From assembly GCF_964204865.1 (NCBI RefSeq), contig NC_135262.1, positions 7,812,001 to 7,876,000 of the forward strand: DNA of 64,000 nucleotides, written 5' to 3'. The translations under genes were made by a program, and so were the position numbers. How positions within the stretch are numbered: position 1 is the stretch's first letter; each line of letters begins with the position of its first letter. This DNA is from Styela clava. Taxonomy: Eukaryota. Positions 45,594-57,500 of the stretch are shown here, one piece after another. Under the pieces are notes generated by a model. That model was given only the letters and a program-made list of their open reading frames with translations, had not been told where the DNA came from and ran no database searches.

Positions 45594-48500
45594 ATGAGGC
45601 TGTTAGAAATACACTCAAACTATCTTGCTGTGATTGTGTTTGCTCAGATTCTATACGTCATGATCGAAGTTGGAGCTCAACATCAAAAAGTTTGGTCCGG
45701 TAACTACTAATTACATATTTGAATAAGTTTGATTGTGGGTATAGGCCAGTTTGTATACTTTAAAGAGAAAAGAAGTTCAATGTTTTATAATTTCGGTTTC
45801 TATTCGACGTTGATACTTTAATAGAAACTGCCTATTGACATGCTGTATTGCTGTGGAAGGGACTGTATTATGCAACTGTCGAACTGTGTATTACTATAAA
45901 AAATTTACTTGCAGATGAAGAAGAAACCGTTGAATTCTGGAATAAAAAAGCCCAAGATGATCTGGCCTTGGCTCTACAGAGAAATGAATTCTATGACGGG
46001 GTGGCACAGAACGTCATATTGTTTCTTGGTAACAAATATAACTAACTCGATTTCGGAAAAATAGTGCAAAGCTTCGCGATCTTCAAGTTTTTTTTTATAA
46101 ACATTTTGTCGCTAAAATTGTGTATATAAATCATAATAAAAATTTATATATGTACTGTATTCCGATTCGAAATTTCAATGTCGCTTTTCAATTTAGGCGA
46201 CGGAATGGGAATACCAACTATTACAGCTGGTCGAATTTTGAAAGGCCAGCTGAATGGCCAACTTGGGGAAGAATATGAACTTTCCATAGACAAATTTCCA
46301 AACGTAGGTTTATCCAAGGTATGTGTTAGCTTTACTAGTCATTTGTATCCGAAGTCTTGCCAGTTACTACGATTTAACTCGGAACCGTTATGCAGGCACG
46401 AGGGTATTGTTGCGTAAACAAGTGTTTGTATTCAAAACAGTAGTGGTTTGTCCATATTTGTTTTGCCGAAATAAAATACGATACTCGACAAGGCATTATT
46501 GGACACGTAGTGAACATAACGATCGTTTCAAAATTTTGTTGTTATTGTTATTTGTCTCCATCATTTTTAAAAAAATCGCTTTTCTCTTCGAATACTGGAC
46601 CAATTGCTTTGAAATTTTCAGTGGTTGAAGATAAAATTTTTCCCCAGAAGGCTATTACTTTTATTCATTTTAAATATTTCTGTTAGCTCTGTGAGATTTG
46701 TTTTTGTTTGCTATGACGTCATTAAACGAACTGCGGACATCGGACGCCATTTTGTGTCCTACTGTACTGCTTCGCTTGGTGTGAATATATTTGTAGACTG
46801 TGATCTGACGGTACGGTAAACCGTACTGTACTGCGAACAGACGTGTTGGGCGTAGCTCTCTTGTTAGTCATCATAAACACGTTGGATACTAGATACATTT
46901 TTTCCGCGTGGCATGTTTTTCTACGTAAATTCCGTAACATATCCTTTTTTTAAATGCAATTCATTCAATATTGCATTATTGTGTTCGGCTTACTTGGACT
47001 ACATGTATTATAGTGAAAATTGGTTTGCAGCCTGGCGCACATAATCCTGGTATTAAAAGCGCCATTACTTATAATAATAATATATGCACACATGGTAAAG
47101 ACACTTCATTCGACTATAAACAAAAGGCCCAACTGCGCTCTTAGTCGTATCGAAACCACAAATTGACGTCCTCAAATGCCAGCTAAACTATATACGCTAT
47201 GCCATCTTGTACAAAAACATACAACTGTATGTTTCAGTAACTATTCTACAGATTTACATTCATTTTTGTGTTCATTTCTTATTAGATCAGAGTCTGCAAC
47301 TTCACTTTTGAGTGAGTTTGCTTGCTTGATGTTTGTTTTACTTCTAATTTGTATTTTTAGACTTACTCAATAGATAGACAAACTACGGACTCCGCCGCGA
47401 CTGCGACGGCTTTTTTGTGTGGTATCAAATCTACCTGGGGAACTCTTGGTTTAGCCGGGAAAGCAAGAATGGGTGTTTGTGAGTCTGCAACAGGACAAGA
47501 AGTAAATTCAATCCTAATAGATGCGTACAATCAAGGTTTGTTGCTTTGTTGAATTTTAATTCTCGGCGCTCCAGAAGTTTGTGTACCAATATGGAGGTAA
47601 CTAACTTTGTTCGCCTACTTTACATCAAGTTGTGCTGGGGACTGAAACCTATGGGCAAGGGGTATATTCACTTAGCTAACACAGACAATCCCCGAACTCG
47701 TAATAAAACTAAAATAAGGAAAATCGGAACGCCAGCCAGCTCACTATATATATCCAATGTTTATTTCACTCACCTGAGATAAGTAGGCATGGCATCCTTT
47801 GCTAAATTTGTTCAAGTCAAGTTCCCAACTGCGTTGAATTTCCAACCGCATAAGTAGAGGATTTACGGACTAAAGAGACCTCGTAACCAGTTGAAACGCT
47901 ACCATTAGAAATACTGTATACAAGCTTTGTTATATATCTTGGAATGGCAAAAACCTTATCGTTGTAACTGTGCAACTTGAGTGCAAGTGTTGGCACGTTT
48001 TGATGACTACTCCTGTATCATAAACTAATTAGTACACGTATTTCATTCAACATTTGATTGCTGCATTTCCAGGAAAGTCTACCGGCATTGTTACAACCAC
48101 GCACCTCGTACACGCTACTCCAGCGGGTGCGTATGCTCATACGCCAGAACGAAACTGGTACAGTGACGCACAGTTGACGCAAAATGCGATCGACGGAGGT
48201 TGTACAGATATAGCCAAACAGTTCTATGAAAACTCTCATCAGATTACGGTATGTGAAGTAACAGGTGCAATGTTTTAGAATACTAATATTCGACCTGTTC
48301 ATTTTTATATCGAGATTGCCTTCCGGAACTTAAAACCTAAATAGGTTTAATATACTTCCATATGCAGGTTGCTCTTGGTGGTGGTAGGAAATATTTTCGG
48401 CCGAATAATATGCCTGATGTCGGGTATCCACAACATAACGGAACACGGCTTGATGGGAGAAATTTTGTGGAGGAATGGCTAGGAGACGCTGGTTCAGAAA

Positions 48501-51500
48501 GTAGAAGTTTTGTTTGGAATAAGCAACAGCTTGAAAAAGTGCAACCAGATTCAACGGACAGATTGTGGGGTAGGTAACGTTCCCCCAATATATCCTATAG
48601 GTATCAATAAATCATTTATTTTGGTTCTCTGACATAAACAATACAAAAAGTAAACAGACAAACAAAATGCAGAAATACCTGGGAGCTGGGAGACGGGCAT
48701 AACTTAAAAAATGTTAAAAAGTGTACAATGTACGTGCCCGCCCACCAAAAAGAACAAAACAAACATAGAAAGATTGTAGGGCACTCCTGAAGTATGCGCA
48801 CCAAGATGTCGTATAACCTGAACCTTAACCTGGTACACAACCAGATTTCAGGTTGTGCGCCATCTTGTTGTGCATACTTCAGGAGGTCCGATTGTAGAGT
48901 TGAAATGTGTCGAGCTTTAAAGATTCGCTCATCCCGGAAAACCTCGCTGAAACTGCTACACTTGAAGGCTTGATTTATGACAAATTTCCTTTGCTGTACG
49001 AACAACTTGGTATGGATGGTTGTCGATTCAGATTAAATTGTCAGTCAGATTAAATTAAGCGAATGTGTCAGATACAAACATACGTTTGAGCCTACTTCAT
49101 AAATTCAAGTAGGAGCGAGCTTGTAGTTTTCGATCTATCCCATCTTGCACTTAAAACTGACTTTATTTTGAACCTTGAACCAATAAATTAGCCTATGGTG
49201 ATAATAACGTTGTCATTTGTTAGCCCAATGCCTAATTCCATGGAGATTAGAAAAGTCTCGATAAGTGAATAGACAATTTTTTTATAAATTCCCAAAATTT
49301 AAAACTGTTTGCAGGCATGTTCCAGCCGAGTCATATGAATTTCGAAATCGATCGCAATTCAACAAACGAGCCGAGTATTTCTGAGATGGTGGAGAAGGCT
49401 ATCCAAATACTAGGCAAAAATCCAAATGGATATTTCTTGCTTGTAGAAGGGGGGCGAATCGGTATGTGTGTTGGAATTTTTCATTCCACCTCATCCCATA
49501 TTTAAAAAAAATATACTTTTTCATTTTTTTGTGTAGATCACGGTCACCACGACAGCAGCGCCATTGAGGTTCTACACGATATGGTTGCATTTGACGACGC
49601 AGTCGACAAAGCAACAGAAATGACTTCAGAATTGGATACTTTGATTGTCGTGACGGCAGATCATAGTCATACAATGAGTTTAGGAGGTTATGCTTTACGA
49701 GGAACCTCTGTTTTTGGTATGTATACATTTCGTGTGTCTAAAGTACAGAGATCAAGTTAATGTGTAATATTGAGTGTCCCGTTTCTTATATTTGCTGCTT
49801 AATTTCAGCTACAAGGTGTCGCTGACTAGATGACTCTATGAGTCTTTTCGCGACTCCGCGTAGAGTTCGCATTATTTGAGACCGCACGTAGAGTTCGCAT
49901 TATTTGAGACCTATATTATGAATTCCTATTCTACAGCTGTGAAACATGGAGTGGCGGAAAAAGTTCCGATTGCTCGAGATAAGAGAAAAGCTGTCAACAT
50001 GGCCATACCCAGACCTCATTGTTTACAAATGAAGTTCGAAAGAAATCATCCGGATGTGTTGGAAAAGGGACTGCGAGCGACAGCGAAAAATATTGTACTA
50101 AAAGGCGTTACAACTAAGCAAATCGTTAGTATAGCAGTAAGACCGTACCATACAGTCGATGTCACATGCCGCACTAGAGCAGAGATACTAACACTGGATA
50201 AATACCTGAAACAGCAAAATATAGCTGGATTTAAATGGTTTTTATACGTTGAAGAAAATACAACAGTGAATATATCATGGATTCCAGGGCATATTAAAAA
50301 ACAGCAACTTCGTTCTACATTGTTAGAATTTGTAAAAGAGTTGGATTCTGACATCCAGGAAGCAAAGGATGAAGATGGCATTTTAAATGGATGGATGTAT
50401 GTATCAGTGCCTACAAACCAAATTCAGCAACATCCCATACCAAGTTTCATCTATGTAGAAGGGTGCATGATATCTGTTAAATATCGCGGGCAGCAACAAA
50501 CATGTATGAAGTGTAATGAAGTTGGACACTTTAAATTCGAATGCCCAAAGCAAAATAGATTTATAAACCCTTTGAAAAAGCAAGACAGATTCACCGACAA
50601 ACAAACATTGATAAGAATAAATGATAAAACACAAAGTGAAGGATTGACCACTGATTACAATGATGAAAATGCAGTCAAGCGTGACCACCATAACAATGCT
50701 GATAACAGTACTCCAAGTGTTTTCACTTTAGCAGATTTTATGCCAACTACAGACGAACCTAATTCAAATGATGACAAAAGTGCTGGGTCGAACGATCGTG
50801 ACTTGGAGACTTCAAATACACCAATGGAGGTCAATGAACAATCTGGAGTTAAAAGATGTAGATCGCCTGATCAGAAAAAACATTTGGCAAATATTAGGCC
50901 AAGACTGGATAGCGTAAACGACATTGATATACCAAAATGTATTGTATGCGAAGACCAACTTGAAATAATGGACGACAACGCTAAAGAAGCTATCTGCTAC
51001 AACTGTGAAATCAGGTATGCCACTTACACCTTGTTGTAATGGTATTGGTGAAATATTGGAAAATGATGTTGCTAGGTGTACCACTTGTGAAAATTTATTT
51101 CTGAAGTGTTGTTGCTCTGCTTTGAACACCCTACCAGTGGAGAATGGTTTCGATAAATGCCATAGCGTAGGCTGTGGTAGCTACATAATGCATTGTCCTT
51201 GTGGTAGCGTTTCGTATACCGATGAATCTTTAGAATGCAGATGTGGAAATACTCTAAATGGCTGATATTAAATTGAAAATAGCCTCTTTAAATACAGGAG
51301 GTATACGAGAATATTCAAAAAGACGAGAAATTTTTTTGTTATTGAAGAAGAAGGGATTTAATCTTGTCTTCCTACAAGAAACACATAGCAAACAGAATGA
51401 CGAGAAACAATGGCTGAGAGAATGGGGTGGTTCTGGAATTTTTTGTAATTACTCGACCAATTCAAGAGGTTTGTGTATTCTATTCGGAAACAATATTTCA

Positions 51501-54500
51501 TTCTCACTGCACACTCAACATAATGATCCTCAAGGAAGATTTCTCGTGGCCGACATAACTATCGGTGTTGAAAGACTTATTCTGGCAAATATGTATGGAC
51601 CAAATAACGATAATCCTAATTGTTTTTTGGAACTACTTCATACTCTTGAGAGCCAACAGAGCCAGCAATTCATAGTTGGAGGTGACTTCAATGTAGTCCT
51701 TGACAGTAAAATGGATAAAGTGGGCGGCCGAATAAACCATAAAAATAATAAATCAGGACAGATGTTGCATAATATTATGGAAGAACTGAATTTACAAGAT
51801 TCCTTTAGAGTAATAAATCCAAGCAAGAAAGCATACTCCCATTTTCATAAACAATCAAAAACTGCCACCCGAATTGATATGGTGCTAATTTCTCAACATT
51901 TATTGCAATATCAGTGCAAAGCCGATATTATACCTTGTGTTTTGTCTGACCATTCTATAGCATCGTTAATGATTGATATCAATCCTGTCCCCAGAGGTAC
52001 CGGATACTGGAAGCTGAACACTTCCTTGTTAAATGATGAGAAATATGTTACTCAAATTAGACAAGTAATCCAAAATACCATAATGGACCACAGCATGGAA
52101 TACGTTGATCCAAATTTTATGTGGGATACAATGAAATTAATAATTCGTGGGGAATCAATAGCCTATGCAAGTAGGAGAAAAAAGCTGTGTGAAAAAAAGA
52201 TGAAAGATCTTGAAATATTAATATCTTCGCTAGAAACCAAGTATGCCAGTCACCAATCTGATGACAATATGCAACAACTGGAAATTGCAAAGCAGTCTCT
52301 AAATGAATTGTTGAAGCAAAAAACTCGTGGCTACCTGATTAGAAGTAAAATTAAATGGGCTGAAGAAGGGGAACATAATACAAAATATTTTTTCGGTCTT
52401 GAAAAGAGGCATAAACAAAGGACATCTATTGCACAACTGTATGAAAATGATAGAATAATCTCAGATCAAGAACAAATATTGAAATGTATCAAATTATTTT
52501 ATACAGAATTATACTCGGAAACATCATCACATAATGTTGATATAGAAGAAATATTGCAAGGGATCGATATACCACACATGGAACCTGAAGTTTCAGACCT
52601 ATGTCCTGGTGTTATCACAGAAGGTGCTTGTTTCGAGGCTTTGAAATCCATGAAATCTGACAAAACACCCGGGCTTGATGGTCTTCCAGCAGAGTTTTAT
52701 AAGGTGTTTTGGAAGGATATCAAACATCTTTTGATGGCTAGCTACAATCATTCATTTTGTAAAGGGACTTTAAGCAAAACACAGAAAAGAGGATTAATAA
52801 CTCTTCTTCCTAAGAAAGGACAAACTGAACATTGTATAAGCAATTATCGCCCAATAACTTTATTAAACGTGGACTATAAAATACTGAGCAAAACATTAAC
52901 AAACCAAATGAGTAATGTAATCAACGAAATTGTTGATCTTGATCAAACTGGATTTATTAAGGGGAGGAATATAGGGGATAATATTCGACTGATTTGTGAT
53001 GTGATTGACATAACCGTTGCTGAATCATTGCCTGGGGCTTTAATTTTCCTTGATATACAAAAAGCATATGATAGTGTGAAATGGGATTTCTTGTTCAAAA
53101 TTCTTCATATATTTGGATTTGATCTTAAATTCATAAAATGGGTTAAAATCCTTTACAATGATATACAGTGTTGTGTTACAAACAATGGTCATATTTCAAA
53201 TGATTTTGTAGTCCATAGAGGCCTAAGGCAAGGTGATTCTTTCAGTTGTCTTACATTTTTACTGGTAATTGAAATTTTTGCAAACATGGTCAGGCAAAAC
53301 CCAAAAATTGAACCCATAAAATGGAGGGATATTTCTATAAAAATTTCTATGCTTGCTGATGATGTGACAGTAATGACCAATGGATCAAAATCTAGTATTG
53401 ATGCCCTTTTTCAAACTTCAAACATTTTTGGGATTATATCTGGGTGCAAAATTAATATAGCAAAATGTCAAGCAATGTATATTGGCACTAAGATTGGAAC
53501 CTCCCCGATTAGTAGTGAATATGGTCTGAATTGGAACGATGAAATTAAAATATTGGGTGTTATTCTGTCAAACAAAATGGAGGGTATATACAGCAAAAAT
53601 TTTCCTCAAATATTAGATAAAGTCAAAAAGCTACTTCAGGTGTGGAAAACAAGAAATTTGACGTTTTTGGGAAGGGTTTGCATTATTAAGTCTCTCATTC
53701 TACCCCAGATATTATACCATGCAACTGTTTTACCAATCGATGTTTCTGAAAATTTTTTGACTGAATTGAATAGAAATATATATGTTTTTATATGGGGTTC
53801 AACTTGGGAGCGGATCAAACGAAATACATTGATTGGCCCCAAAGAAAAGGGAGGTGTTGATATGTGTTACGTTGTAAACGTACGTTTGTCGTATATTTTG
53901 CCACTGTATGCAGTGCATCGTGCTCTGCCTTGCATCCAATCATTGTAGACTCATTATTACCCTTTGTTTGTAGCGTAAATTAGTATTATTATCTATTGTC
54001 TGGTTTAGCGTTTTCCTTTCGGTCATTTGCATCACGTATTCGTCGTGTAAAGAGTCGCAGATATTTGTCTGTATTGTGGACTGTTTATTTATTTGTTATA
54101 TATTGTAATTGTATTAGCCTCCCGGATCGGAAAACGTTTGGTGAGAAATTTGCCTTTTGTTGTTGTTATATGCTTTGACTTATGTTAATCAATTTTGTTT
54201 TATTTTATTTAAGAAAACCGCCGTTCTTTGCCAAGAATATAAAGAAGTGATTTATGCACGTGTCTTGTTTGTGGACAAAGGGGCTGAGAGTGGCGCGTTC
54301 GATACGTTTTCATTGTGTCTCGTCGATATAGATTCCGGGCTATCAAAAGACGTGACATAAAAGTTTTCAAACGTGCTTCAAAATTCAAACGATTTCAAGT
54401 CCCCAAACATAATTTGTGAAGTTTTCAATGATATTAACGTTAATACCAAAATTCTCAAGTTTTCAACCAAAGGGTTTCAAACATTAATTCGGGTTCTCGA

Positions 54501-57500
54501 TAATGGCAACCGGTGGTAGGTCGGATGACCAACATCAGGCAATGATTAGCAATGCTCCTGGCAGTTTTAATGAATTTAAAACTCATCTAGATGTTTGCAG
54601 GAGTTCCAGTGACGTTAGCGACGTGGGTTCTTCAGCGTCATCGACTTTCTCCGTCCGGAATGCAAGAGTGAAGTTGGAGCTGGCACGCCTAAAGGCCCGT
54701 CAAGAAGAAGAACTCTCAGCTTTAGAAGACGACTTGCGTAAGCTTCGGACAAGACACGCTTTACAGGCTGCTGAAACAGAATCAAAGGTTTGGGAAATGA
54801 GCGATGACAAATTTTTGCGGTGGGTAACAGTAGATAGAATTAGGCACGACAATAGCGTGAAAACCCGTGATTTCCCACCTAAATCCCAGCTCATTGATAA
54901 CGGTCGTGAAAATACTCCACGACGTTTGCCTACACACACAGCTGATAGTAGCTCAGCTAATCCTGTGCCTCCACGTTTGAACCATGCTTTACATCGCAGA
55001 ACTGTCGATCTACCCAAACCGGAAATTGCAAAATTTTCAGGTGATCCAATGGAATATTATTCCTTTATCCGCAACTTTAAGGCCCATGTTACAGATCTTG
55101 TAGATGATGATAACGTACGTCTCAGTTATTTGTTACAGCTGTGCCAGGGCGAAGCGAAAAATGCCATTGATCATTGCTCAATGATGGAACCGAGTCGCGG
55201 ATATCGCGAAGCTATGAGAGAGCTGAAGAATGAATATGGTAAAGATCATGTCATTTCCCGCACCTGTTTGGACAGGTTGAAGCGTGGTCCGAAGTTGAAC
55301 TTTGACGACGCGAAAGGTATGCAAGCGTATGCGCGTCTGATGCGGAAATGTGGCTTAGTTCTTGGAGAAATCAGTGAGTACGACAATCTTAATAATTTTG
55401 ACAATTTGCTGGCCATTGTTAAACGATTGCCACCAGAGTCGCAAAACGCTTGGGATTTCAAAGTGGCAACAATTTTAGAAACGGAGGATCGTGAAGCTAG
55501 TTACAACGACCTCTCTAAATTTGTCACCGAGCAAGCTAATGTTTCAAGATCAGACTTTCGTTTTGCCCGAAGAGATAGAAGGCAATCAAATTATTATGAA
55601 AATTCTAAGGCGAAAGGTAGTGCTTTTGCTATTTCTGCTAGTGGTTCAAATTGGCACTGCCCGTGTTGTAATTTCTCTCACGAATTATTCAACTGTAAGA
55701 AATTTAAAGTCCTTTCATGGTACGAACGATATAACGTGGCTAGACGGAATCAGTTGTGCTTCAAATGCTTAAGACGAGGGCATATGTTTAGACAGTGCAC
55801 CCAGAATGAAAGTTGCCCCATTCACGATTGTAAGTATCCGTTCCATCATGTTTTGTTGCATCGCGATTTCGAGACACCTACACGGCGAGATGGTATTAGT
55901 AAACAGATTTGTTCCGTCGGTACCTCGATGAACCATGCGGATCACGACGTTCACGCTAATAAATTGGCGCCCGCAAAGCAACAAGGGAACACCGGTGTTT
56001 ACATGAATATCGTCCCGGTGACAGTAACTGCTGGCAACAGGGCTTTTGATACATACGCTCTTTTGGACTGTGCTTCTACAACCACCATGTGTAGTGTGAA
56101 ATTGATGAACAAATTAAATCTAACCGGGGTGCCTATAGATGTTACATTGCAAACTGTTGGTAATCGCCCCAAATGTGTTAAAGCAAAGAAGTTGTCCCCT
56201 CTACTCGTTAAAGAAATTGACGGACATGACGATTGCATTGAATTGCCCAATGTATTGTGCGTGAGTAACTTGCCCATAAAGCCCAATAAGCTACCCTCGC
56301 GCAGTTCCTTGCGTAAGCTATCCTATTTGTCTGATATCGACTTTCCTCGAATACACGACGGTGAAGTGACTTTGCTGATAGGAGCGGATGTTCCCGAAGT
56401 GTTTGTGTGGGAGGAATTTAGAAAGGGTCGGAGTCAACAGCCGATTGCGGTGAAAACCCCTCTGGGTTGGTCTCTTATGGGTCCGTCTCTGACCGTCTAT
56501 GAAAACACTTCCATTAATTTCGTTGATACAAATCCTTTGGCGTCGCAGATTGAGCGACTTTGGCGTACGGATTTTGCTGACGTCCCCAGTATTTGTGACA
56601 CTAAAACTTCAAAACTTCCCGCGAAGATAGAATAGCGCGTAGTTGCATGGAAGACAAACTCAAATTTGTTGATGGACATTACGAACTACCTTTATTGTGG
56701 AAAACCAATCATCGCGAGTTACCATGTAATCAGAAAGTGGCGGAGAATCGCCTTCGTCAGTTACAGCGACGTCTTTTCAAAGATGACACATTGCACCAAA
56801 AATATATTCAGACATTGAATGATTATGTTGATAAAGGATACGCTCGTATAGCTGACAGTCCTAGGTCGCCGAACATCTATCCAACAAAATGGTTATTGCC
56901 ACATCATCCTGTGATAAACCCAAAGAGCCAGACGACTTCATTGACGCATTGAGACGCTTTACTGGACGCAGAGGTCGTCCTGTTCACATATATTGCGACA
57001 ATGGAAGCAATTTTGTAGGTGCTTGTCGCGAATTGAAAGAATCAATTAGCAAATGGAACGAGCAAAGTATTGCAAACCATCTGCGTCAACGTGACGTAGA
57101 ATTTAACTTTAATCCTCCATACGCCAGTCATACGGGTGGCGTTTTTGAAAGAATGATTAAATCAACTAAACGAATTCTATCTGTATTGTTGACAGGTCAA
57201 TCGATTACTCATGAGAAGTTGGAGACACTACTAGTTGAAGTGGAATCGATACTGAATTCCAGACCGATAACTCCAGTGATAATGGACCACTCAGCTGATG
57301 AACCGTTGACGCCCAACCATCTACTACTTGTTGTTTCGTCACCAAATGTATCACCAGGTGTATTCACGAAGCGTGATTGCTACGTTCGACAGCGATGGCG
57401 CCAGGTACAATATCTGGCAGATGAATTCTGGCGTCGATGGATAAAAGAGTACCTGCCAACAATAACACGAAGGTCGAAATGGACGAAAGGACGTGATAAC

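Noticed and set aside
53865-53948. C-terminus of the 896-aa ORF, and the N-terminus of the 408-aa ORF at 58222, as genuine protein ends
   Set aside because: Both are read-through into LTR sequence; the true ORF2 is the rejoined frame.
56590-56650. Programmed ribosomal frameshift between BEL gag and pol
   Set aside because: BEL/Pao elements typically have a single ORF, and an 8-bp duplication fully explains the shift.
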